From Tetramitus jugosus (Eukaryota; Protista; Heterolobosea): a stretch of 64,000 nucleotides of DNA. The position numbers and the translations under genes were made by a program. Each line of letters starts with the position of its first letter. The stretch's first letter is position 1. The DNA is taken from NCBI GenBank assembly GCA_937625935.1, contig OW569355.1, positions 1 through 64,000 on the forward strand. The letters run 5' to 3'. The notes beneath the pieces were generated by a model, which made no database searches, was not told where the DNA came from, and saw nothing but the letters and a program-made list of their open reading frames with translations. Below are positions 55,287 through 64,000 of the stretch, piece after piece.

Positions 55287-57645
55287 TGTCCCGCCTTATA
55301 TCTCAAGGCAAGGCAACCTTGGAAATTATTTCAAGGCAAGGACTTTGCCTTACAACAGTTGTGACACCTGACATACAGAAACATATCAGAACAATCATAA
55401 GAAGAATTGAACATTAAGCAGATTTATTTGATACAACTTTCCTCCTCTTCCTTCCTTTTCTGGATATAATTGGAGTGGCAAGACATTCTTCTTCTTCTTC
55501 TTCTTCTTCAACTCGCTTTCGCTTTGTTGAAGTTGTATGATCAGATCTGGTAGCAGAAGCATCAGTTATAGATGGAAAACCCATCTCAGCAACAGCAGGG
55601 ACATCAGCAGGACATGAATGATCAACTGGATCAATATCCATACTATGAATCATCACTGGAGCAGTCCCAGCAGTTCTGGAAGTCCCAATTGACATCAAAG
55701 CCAAGAATATCATTGCTGCAGTTGGATCAGGTAGCATACCAGTAGTAATAGAGGGTGAACCAGGCAGAGGTGCATTAATAGAGAGAGGACCAGGTAGAGA
55801 TGCAGGGACAGAAGGACGTGTTCCAGTGACAACAGAACCAGATAGAGTGCTACTGCCAATGGGCTGTGATCCAGATGATTCCTGTACTGCACCCAATGCA
55901 TTATCAAGAATTCTATCCAACTGATCACTCAATTCAACAGTAGAATCCTCCAACGGATCAACATAATCATTCAAATAATCATCATCATTGTACACTGGTT
56001 CTGATGGAGGTTCTAGATCTGGAGCCACTTCTGTGAACTTGTCATCTCCATAAAAGAATGGCTTCATGTCACTGGTAGAGATGTAGTAAGATGTTGTGGT
56101 GTGTGGCTTCTCACTCTTAGCAAAACCTCCAGTTTCCATCCATGCTACCGTCCACTTGTCCAACAGCTTACCATGAACAATTTGTTGAGTCACAAGCTTT
56201 GCCTTTCTGCCCCAGACAAATCTCTCAGTACTTCTGTACTTCTTAGGTACTCTGATCAGAACAGTTGCATCTCTATGATACTTTGCAACTCTCTTGCCAC
56301 TAATCTTACGAGCTGCATCGTTCTCTCCTCTTTTGATTATTCTGTTTCTGATCTGGTTGATGTTGAAGAGTCTTAACGCTGCTTTCGCTTCTGAAAGATC
56401 TGATTCATGCAGGGCAAAGCAAGCATCCCAGGCCTGCATTGGTGTCATGCCAATTGTAGAGTGATGGTTGTTGTTGTATGTGTTAATGACCTGGCTGTGA
56501 AGCAAAGTCCATTCCTGCATATCCTTCTCCAACAAAATAGAATTCATCAAGTCTTTGATCGTCTTGTTTGGACGTTCAATCACTCCCTGACACCTTGGAG
56601 TGTAAGCAGGACCTTCCTTCTTGATGAAACCATACATGGCACAAGTATCTGCAATTGACTGTGCAATGAACTCTCCACCATTATCTGATCTGAGATACAT
56701 AATGTTCTTTGCTTGTGTCACATCTTGCAATATTTGCAGACCAATACCTTCAAATGTCTCAATAAGAAACGATTTGACATGAATAGCCTGCTTGCTGCTG
56801 ATGCGTTTGCTCCAGATCCTCTTTGTAAGGTGATCAATCATATTGACCATACCGATATCACGTCCGACCTTTGGCATGAAGGTCAGATCAATGTAGAGAT
56901 GATGTAGAGGATAATCTGCAACAACTGTTCTGATTGGTTCTACTGTTCTCTTGGCACCCTTACGTGCACATATTTCACACGATCTGGTATACTTTTCGAT
57001 TGCAGATTGCATACCAGGCCACAAGACAAGATCCCTGTGGAATTGAGCTAATAGAGCCTTTGTCCCCATATGATTAGCATGGTGAACCTCTCTCAAAAGC
57101 TTCTCACGATCTTTCACTCGTGGAATATAATGCCATTCGTGCTTCGTAGATTTCTTAGATGTCAGAATAGATTCATCAAATACATTGCTGTCTCGAGCCT
57201 TCTTCTTCGCTTCTTCTGTGACACCACTTTTGAAAACAGGAGTCTCTTCAGTGATGTCTACTCTATAGAATAATTTCCCTTCTTCAAACTTAACACGTCC
57301 TCCAATCTTCTTGTTGAATTCTGTCTGTTGCTGCTCACTGACATTTGACCAATCGATATTGTCATAAGCATAGTAGTAGTTTGTTACTTTGCTCTCAGCC
57401 ATGCACCTACGAACCATTGCTCTCTTGTTCTTTGCTTTTGAATCTACTGTTTGATAACTCATGCTGTGTTGTACGATATCTCTGCTGTTGTTGATCTTGG
57501 TGCTTTTGTTTGTATTATCGTAACGGTATTGTCTTGCGTTGCGGAATCACTGAGTTTATTGAAGTTCATTGAACTGGTTGAAGGTGGAGCCTCTGCCTTG
57601 AGATATTTGAAGGCAGTAATTGCCTTGACATTGTAAGGCACGACA
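55287..57645 (-). mobile_element. Ginger2/TDD-like DNA transposon (2359 bp)
   Basis: TGT...ACA ends; imperfect TIR TGTCCCGCCTTATA / TGTCGTGCCTTACA; 5-bp TSD GATCC (55282-55286, 57646-57650); removing it restores KHGSSALKRFP in the host ORF2. Confidence 0.9.
55414..57462 (-). CDS. Retroviral/Gypsy-type integrase (HHCC plus DD35E) transposase, intact, 682 aa
   Basis: HHANH..CEIC zinc finger; YIDLTF, SDNGGEF, then 35 residues to the E of GVIERPN; basic NLS at the C-terminus; no gag, RT or LTRs. Confidence 0.92.
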   Translation of the reverse strand: MSYQTVDSKAKNKRAMVRRCMAESKVTNYYYAYDNIDWSNVSEQQQTEFNKKIGGRVKFEEGKLFYRVDITEETPVFKSGVTEEAKKKARDSNVFDESILTSKKSTKHEWHYIPRVKDREKLLREVHHANHMGTKALLAQFHRDLVLWPGMQSAIEKYTRSCEICARKGAKRTVEPIRTVVADYPLHHLYIDLTFMPKVGRDIGMVNMIDHLTKRIWSKRISSKQAIHVKSFLIETFEGIGLQILQDVTQAKNIMYLRSDNGGEFIAQSIADTCAMYGFIKKEGPAYTPRCQGVIERPNKTIKDLMNSILLEKDMQEWTLLHSQVINTYNNNHHSTIGMTPMQAWDACFALHESDLSEAKAALRLFNINQIRNRIIKRGENDAARKISGKRVAKYHRDATVLIRVPKKYRSTERFVWGRKAKLVTQQIVHGKLLDKWTVAWMETGGFAKSEKPHTTTSYYISTSDMKPFFYGDDKFTEVAPDLEPPSEPVYNDDDYLNDYVDPLEDSTVELSDQLDRILDNALGAVQESSGSQPIGSSTLSGSVVTGTRPSVPASLPGPLSINAPLPGSPSITTGMLPDPTAAMIFLALMSIGTSRTAGTAPVMIHSMDIDPVDHSCPADVPAVAEMGFPSITDASATRSDHTTSTKRKRVEEEEEEEECLATPIISRKGRKRRKVVSNKSA

Positions 57646-60213
57646 GATCCATGCTTGACGGCCTTACGGCCGATTCCTTCGATCTCATTGAGCCATTTCT
57701 TTGGCCAGTGGGTAAATTCCGATGCATAAAGGAACACTGGGTGCACGCATGTGTTAACGATCCGTGCTGCTTGAGCAGGACTCAACTTGAGGAGCCTGGC
57801 TCGGTTCAGAATTTTCAGGACCTTCAATTTTGCCTGTTTCTTTTGTGCTTCGGTATCACCATTGAGATTGGTGAACAATCCGAGAGCTCTGAAAACAGAG
57901 TCTTTGTTCTTAGCCGTCACTAGTTTGTCAGAGACCCTAATCACGGGCAATCCATCCTCCACTTTTCTAGCAAAGAACTCCAATTTGTCAGGATGCATAC
58001 TCAGGCCCAAGCACTTGAGCACCTTGTGCATAACATTAGCTGTCTCCTCTATGTCTTCAAGACTTCCACTGAATAGGTTACAATCATCAACATATGCCAC
58101 ATTCCAGATCCTTTGTGACATGGCCTGATACCCCTTTGCTCTCATTCCAGCATAAAGCAACACCAATTGGTGCACTATCACATAAGTAGTTGGTGACAAG
58201 GAGTCACCCTGTCTAGTGCCCCTGTCTATGAAGATTCTTCGAGACCTAACTTGAGTTCCAATCGTTGCCTCATTTTCCTCGAGCATACTCTGAATGAGAG
58301 AGATGATACTCTCTGGGAAATTGAAGAAGCGGTACGCAGCGGTGATCGCGTTATGTGGTACACTATCGAAAGCTTTGGAGATATCAGTTAGGAGGACAAA
58401 CAGCTGTTCATCCTTTCTGTTCGCGTGGTCGATCACGCCTCTAATGATTGATAGCTTCTCCCGGATGTCCCTCATTTTGCGACCACCACCCTGTGTGTTA
58501 CTGAACACCCCTGCTTTCTCGGCTGCCTCTGCAACTCTCTGATTGAGCAGTCTTGTGAAGACCTTCGACAGACTGCTCAATAGACAAATAGGTCGGTAGT
58601 TGGCAATGATCGAAGGACAACCCTTCTTGTAGGCAGGGACGATTATGCACTTCTTCCAGCTGCTTGGAAAAACGCCGGCTTTAACTATGTTATTGAAAAG
58701 TGTCGCCAGGACCTCCGCGAAATCGTATCTATAGTCCCTTTTCTTCGTGTGTTGGAGCTTCAGCATCTCGTTGTACACTCTATCCACACCCGGCGCTTTA
58801 CCGTTCCTTAACCACTTCACTGACTGTAGTATCTCTTCAGATTTGAACATTGGAAACCATTGCTCCATGTTCCTAGCTTTGAATGTCATTTCGTCCAGGA
58901 AATTCAAATTAGCAAATTCATGTTCGAACACTTCCTCGAAGTACTTCGCTGCATGCTCGGCTACTCTCACCTGGTCAGTAACTATGGTGTCATGGAGTTT
59001 GAAACTTTTAAACCTTATCCTCATTGACCTTTTGCCGGTGGCAGCATTGAAGAAAAACCTAGGATCCACAAACTCAGTTGTCCTAGCCTTGTATAGCCAC
59101 TTTCCAAATCTTTTGTTAGCCCTCCTAGCTCTTTCTCCACTTTCGCCAGAGCGGTAAGGATGCCAAATTGACTGCTTTCTTCACCGTACGCATGACAAAT
59201 CCTCATAACTTTGCTTGTCAACATCGACCCCTGTTTGGAGATTTTCTCCACAAGAGCTTCCCTCTCTTTCATCCATCTTCTCACCCTTCTGTTGTCAATC
59301 CCTTTGGTCATCACTTTGATCTCAGGGAAGATTTTTGCACCATCTGTGATAGCACTAGTGATTTGCTCACACTGTTCATCAATCGAGAGATCTGCAAATT
59401 TAATCCTCTCGAGACTGTTAATGACAGACTGCGAGTAGGTAGTCCAAGACAGGTGATCCCTCTTTGGGAACCTTGGCTTCGGCTCTTGTGTTATCTCAGT
59501 ACCATCCTTTATCCACCGGAGCTTCACCATCGTAGGGATATGGTCACTGTACACACCATTCTTTGTGTATGGGAGAATGTCTTTCACTACTTCCGTAGCA
59601 GATGGATTGACCCAAACAGAGTCTATCCTCGAGGAATATTGGTTCCTGAAAAAGGTATGAAAGTCCTCCTTGTTTGCAACCGAGTTGGCACTCAGTAGCT
59701 GCAGCCCCTCAATCAATGCTCTAAAATGAGCACTGTTTACATCCAACTTACCCGTGCTTCGATCAGTGCTCATCGTCACGGTGTTATGATCGCCTCCAAG
59801 GATTAGCTTTCCTCTGTATGCTAACCCTCTCAGAACTTCATTAGTTGCCACATAGTGGTGTCCTCCAATTGCTTCTTTATGCGGACCATAGTGGTTAACC
59901 AACTTAACACTAAGTTCTTCACTCGCAACCTCGATCACTTGCACTCTATCACTGGAGAAAAGCACCCTATATTCTTGAACGCTAGCTCGGCGTACTATTG
60001 TCATAACTCTATCTACTACATCATTGCAGATCAATATACACCCCACCGTCTCAAGTTGTCTGGAAAAAGAGGTTTTGAAGCCCTCATTCCTGCAACTTGC
60101 TTCCTGCAGCATTAGTACATCGACTTCCGGGCTTGACTCTAAAAAGGCTACAACACCACTTCTTTTGTTTTTGAGTCCCCTGATGTTGTATCATACGACG
60201 TTTAAGGTCGTAC

Positions 60214-61239
60214 TCATTGTTGGGACAATTCGTTCTCGTCATTGGTCTCAACAATGGGTTGAGTCCTATTGACATACATTGTCCCGCCAGGAGAGCCGGT
60301 TAAAATTACCTTACTCTGAGTCTGAACATCCTCCAACTCATTGGCTACTCTTTTCGTCCCTCTTCTGCCACCGCTTCTTGCAGTAAAGTCGGTCAACTTA
60401 GTTTGACCTTTATCTTTTCCCCCAGCAGTACGTCTCCCCTTAGTTTGTGCAACCGGGGTACTCAGCACTTGTTCCCCACTCTCTGAGTTCAAAGCCTCGA
60501 TATCAACCATTTCCGATACTGGATCTGGAAACAATTTCTCCTTTCTCTCGAAGCCACTCATAAGAGTGCTTACTCTCTGTCTCATTTTCATCATTTCGGC
60601 CTTAAGTGCACGAATTTCTTCTACACTTCTCGCATAGTGATCCATTACATTGTTCAGCTCACTCTGTAGCTGAGACACATTTCTCTTCAATTGCTCGATA
60701 GGATCTTGAGTATGGTGAACGTACTTTCTCGTTGTTGTATTGTTCATCGGAGTTATTCCCAGCAATGCCTCAGCGAAGCTAGGTCCTTTTGTGGATACTA
60801 TCGCTGAATTGCCTCTTAGTTCGACTCCGCATACATTGTCACGTCCAGCCCATTTTAAAATCTCCTCAACACTGGACTTACCGGCTCCCACCAGCACCAC
60901 ATCATGTGTGGCCCTCATACGGCTGTTCGGAACAGCTCGCGCACCATTCAACATATTTCTGCAGTTGAACCATTCAATGAATTCCCACACTTTGTCATTC
61001 GTTGGGACTATCCACGCTCTAAAATACTCGCCCTTTCTGCTCACTTGCACTCTCTCCACTCTTTCACTGCAACCATGTACAATTCTGTTGACCAAAGCTT
61101 CATTGGTAACATTGTTGCATTTGCCAGAAACCACAACTTCCTTTCTCTTGACTGCTGCATCCTTGCTGACTTTTGTCCATAAGACAAAATCCTTTCTGCG
61201 TATAACTACCGCCTGTACTGACGGTCCTTGTGTAGACAT
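60214..61239 (-). CDS. Family C ORF1 (341 aa, RRM-like plus coiled coil), intact
   Basis: FVLWT..KEVVVSGKC, RVQVSRKG, DPIEQLKR homologous to A/B/E ORF1; its stop overlaps the ORF2 ATG (ATGA). Confidence 0.85.
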   Translation of the reverse strand: MSTQGPSVQAVVIRRKDFVLWTKVSKDAAVKRKEVVVSGKCNNVTNEALVNRIVHGCSERVERVQVSRKGEYFRAWIVPTNDKVWEFIEWFNCRNMLNGARAVPNSRMRATHDVVLVGAGKSSVEEILKWAGRDNVCGVELRGNSAIVSTKGPSFAEALLGITPMNNTTTRKYVHHTQDPIEQLKRNVSQLQSELNNVMDHYARSVEEIRALKAEMMKMRQRVSTLMSGFERKEKLFPDPVSEMVDIEALNSESGEQVLSTPVAQTKGRRTAGGKDKGQTKLTDFTARSGGRRGTKRVANELEDVQTQSKVILTGSPGGTMYVNRTQPIVETNDENELSQQ

Positions 61240-61295
61240 GTGTTCGCGTTTTTGGGCTGGAGTGCAGCGGAAAAAATCGGAAATTTAATATATGA

Positions 61296-61368
61296 GCCGA
61301 AATAGCTCAGTTGGGAGAGCGTGAGACTGAAGATCTTAAGGTCGCGTGTTCGATCCACGCTTTCGGCA
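61296..61368 (+). tRNA. tRNA-Phe (GAA)
   Basis: GCCGAAA/TTTCGGC acceptor stem, TAGCTCAGTTGGGAGAGC, CT-GAA-GA anticodon loop, GTTCGATC, TTTT terminator. Confidence 0.97.
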
Positions 61369-61642
61369 CACTTTTGATTCGTTGTTTCGGTTTTGCGCTC
61401 GAACATTGTCACCTTCAGAACGTTGTTGGAATCCTCTTTGAGATGACTCAAAATGCTACAAATAATTGAAGGAACTCCATTCTTGGTCAACAACTCTGTA
61501 AACTGAGGAACCCAATTCCGAACTCCAAAATGCTTTGTACCATCACAGAGTTACCCCTTAACATGGAAGACAATTCCATCACGGTACCTTTCTTATTATA
61601 GACCACCGTCAGATTGACTAAAAATTCCACCACCCGAATCTC

Positions 61643-61755
61643 CCTTGAAAAGGTATTGAGTGCCGAGCCGTTGGGATCACTTTTCTTCAAGGTTTTGAAG
61701 AGGTCTTGTCCCTCCAACTTGAGTTCGTTTTTCCTGATAGCATATCTCATGCAGG
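61643..61755. repeat. Degenerate dispersed repeat (copy of 3600-3710)
   Basis: Near-identical match. Confidence 0.85.
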
Positions 61756-61789
61756 CCAAAGATATGCGCATACACCCAAAGCATACATC

Positions 61790-62000
61790 AGATGAATTGT
61801 GCTTTTGTCCATACAAAAATAAGAAGGGGAGGAAACTTGGATGGAGGAACAGTCTGTTCAACGACCTCCATGGGAGTGTGAGGGTCATAGTTGAACAGAC
61901 CATAGGTAGGGTAAAGACAATTAACATTTTCAAGACCGAGCGGCGCAGCGGCGAAGCAAGAATAGTCGAATTTGCCAGTTGGCAACAAACAATAAAATAG
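61790..62000 (+). pseudogene. Fragment of a PIF/Harbinger- or ISL2EU-type (DDE_Tnp_4) transposase
   Basis: PYK...FNDLHGSVRVIVEQTIGRVK..NIF matches the FN..H...RxxVExxIGRxK motif. Confidence 0.6.
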
Positions 62001-62262
62001 AGCTTGTGTCGCCATAAACTCCCTCTGAAAACATTCTTGAGAATTTTGCAAACTGCTGTAGTTTGGAGATGGCTGGTTTTTTCAGTTCGGGATGGAAAAT
62101 GTACAAGTCGAATATATACAAAGAGCTCCATCGAATGTTGAAGAAGGAGCAAGGTCTTATGATCACAGAAGTTGGAGTTGAAAGACTTTAACAATTTGTG
62201 GTGTCTGATGGTTGATTCTGTAGATCTACAAGTTAATTTAACTGTGTGCAAGGCAAAAGGTC

Positions 62263-64000
62263 ATTTGTGAAGAGGTGACGCATCACCTCCACAAATCTCC
62301 TCTTGGTGTTGTCCACAAACCGCTTAGCTTTCAGCTTGGCTACCTCCTTCTTGATTCCACTCTTCTTGAGCCCTTGGGCCTCTTGCTTAACAGCTTGAGT
62401 TTCTACCCCTAACATTCCGATCAAATAGTCTTTGCCTGTCTTTCTCTGCTTGTTCATTGCTCGTTTTCCATTGCATCATTGCTGGTTATCAAACCAAATA
62501 TCAACACATTGCGACTTATGCAGACCCATAGAGCTTAACCTTTTTGAGACCTCCTTTGAGAGCAAAATCCTGGCCATTCGAGCAACTGGACAGTTCACAA
62601 GGCAATGCAAGACCGTCTCTTGCTCAAAATTGCACTTGGGACACGCCGTGTCCATATCTTCCACCCCGTAGAGATGCTTCACCACAGCTTTTGTGTGAAG
62701 TGTTTGGCTTTTGACTTGAGCAATGAACCATTCAAGCTTCCTATCAACCCTAAAGGGGCATTTCATAAAGGAGAAGTCTGTTGCACCTCCCAAACATGCC
62801 TTCTGAATCCACCACAACTTCTCCCGACCGATCAGATCTCGATACTGCCGAGTGAAAGCATGCCATATCTGCTTTTTTTCAACCACTTCAAAATTGTCCT
62901 TGTACATCAGTATTGGTAGGGTTGCAGTAGAACGATCGTGTGTGTCGTTGCATTGTAGGAGTTCAAGGTCCATGAGAATGTATCCATATCTCTTCGCACT
63001 GATGCCAAATTTACCGTGCGCTTTGACAAGCTCGCCATGCTTGACCCATTTACCATTTCTTGTCAGCTGCTCCTTCAAGCTGACACCAATCTTAAAAAAC
63101 TTCTTGACCACATCGTTTGGCTGCGACATGGCAAGGTTACAGCTCAAACAATTGACCTCATCTCCATATGAGACAGTCAAATTGTTGTTGTGCATGCGCT
63201 CCGCACACCACTTGAGGTATGTGTGTCTGACAAGCTCTAGCCTGTTGTTGGACTGAAAGACATTCTCCCTTTGGAATGTTTGCAGAAGCTTGATCTCCTC
63301 AAGCGAGTCCAACATTAGCTTGTGAGCCTCGTTGTCATTCTTTCCTCTCAGCATGTCCTTAACGAACCATGCAGTTCTTACTAGAATGGACTCCTCAATC
63401 TTTCGTAGTCCAAACCCACCGTTGTCACACGAAACCTGCAGCAGATCGGATGGGTATCGCTTCATTGCTACTGATCCTTGTTTTATGAGCGCTTTGCCCA
63501 TCTGATTGACTCTATTGATCCACGCTTTAGTCCAGTGAGTGAATTCACAGGCGTAAAGGAACACCGGGTGGATGCAGGTGTTAATGATTCTAGCCACTTG
63601 TCTCGCTGTGAGTCTCATGATGCCGAGACGGTTCACTACTCTCTTCACCTTTTCGAGTGCCTGCTCCTTTTGTCTTGTCGTACAACCGTTCAGGCTCGTG
63701 AAGAGTCCTAACGCCCTGAAAGTTTTTTCACTTCCATTTGCAGGCACAACAACATTATTAACCGTTATGTTGTGTACTGAGCTACTTCTGCCCATCTTCC
63801 TGACATAGAGTTCCAATTTGTTTGGGTGCATGACCATCCTGAGCATGCTCAACACTTCATTCATTTTGTTAGCGGTCTTCTCAATGGCTTCTCTGTTATT
63901 GGACATTAGGTTGCAGTCATCCACGTACGCTACATTCCAAATGTCTTGCGACATTGCCTCGTAGCCCTTGGCAAAACCAGCGGTGTACATCAGTACCGTT
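62263..64000 (-). mobile_element. Family B-related non-LTR element, partial (RT C-half plus CCHC); 3' end truncated, continues past the window
   Basis: AYVDD, FRALG, CPKC..HCLVNC; colinear with ~47450-49100; TGA at 62476 where family B has Trp. Confidence 0.9.

Larger units (their letters stand above)
54012..60217 (-). pseudogene. Family C ORF2: APE-RT-CCHC (stop at 60191-60193, frameshift near 59130, transposon insertion)
   Basis: YNIRGL, LQE, GGDHN, SRID, SDH; YRPICLL, DISKAFDSV, GTRQGDSLSP, AYVDD; CAHC...HLLVEC. Confidence 0.92.
53923..61253 (-). mobile_element. Family C full-length APE-RT non-LTR retrotransposon (youngest in the stack), interrupted by a DNA transposon
   Basis: 24-nt poly(A); 15-bp TSD gggctggagtgcagc at 53908-53922 and 61254-61268; ORF1 plus ORF2. 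Confidence 0.95.

Noticed and set aside
57459-59069. 536-aa RT ORF plus the adjacent integrase as one LTR/pol-type element
   Set aside because: The RT is non-LTR type and merely reads into the inserted transposon; TSD and TIRs delimit the integrase as a separate element.
46021-61268. Recurrent GGCTGGAGTGCAG read as an Alu fragment, a CRISPR-like repeat or a fixed element terminus
   Set aside because: There is no other Alu sequence or regular spacing. The copies are TSDs of the tRNA-Phe upstream region and do not occur at tRNA-Gly.
60191-62478. TGA at conserved Trp positions (60191, 62476) suggesting UGA=Trp recoding
   Set aside because: Other copies carry TAA/TAG nonsense codons and frameshifts, and a host gene ends in TGA (28353); ordinary decay explains it.

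Overview
This is the left end of a eukaryotic protist chromosome. It uses the standard code, has sparse GTATG..AG introns and Asn-rich proteins; a heterolobosean/Naegleria-like amoeba is my best guess, not an identification. Layout: (CCCAAA)n telomere (1-768); a ~2 kb imperfect subtelomeric palindrome; a stack of non-LTR retroelements directly upstream of tRNA-Gly(GCC); a compact gene block (8.1-43.3 kb: two MDR oxidoreductases, aldo-keto reductase, F-box proteins, secreted beta-propeller/CBM52 protein, importin-beta, two nucleotide-sugar transporters, M6PR-like, GCKR-like, Hint/Hog, BAR-GYF, TMEM147, LTV1, degenerate kinesin, CLN5, RidA, CDC45, RING-H2, an apparently split MAD1); a 15-kb stack of five non-LTR elements upstream of tRNA-Phe(GAA); and the start of a probable third stack. 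Main discovery: a multi-family system of position-specific, tRNA-gene-targeted APE-RT retrotransposons, here labelled families A-E. They insert head-to-head with the tRNA with 14-15 bp TSDs in two distance classes (TSD ending at -28/-30 or at -39/-43). They have only 10-15 nt 5' UTRs and share an AATAAA-GCAAC-loop-GTTGT hairpin before poly(A). One family is an ORF1-only non-autonomous element, and the nested TSDs record the insertion order. An intact Ginger2/TDD-like integrase transposon is nested in the youngest copy. All family assignments come from motifs read by eye; no searches were run.
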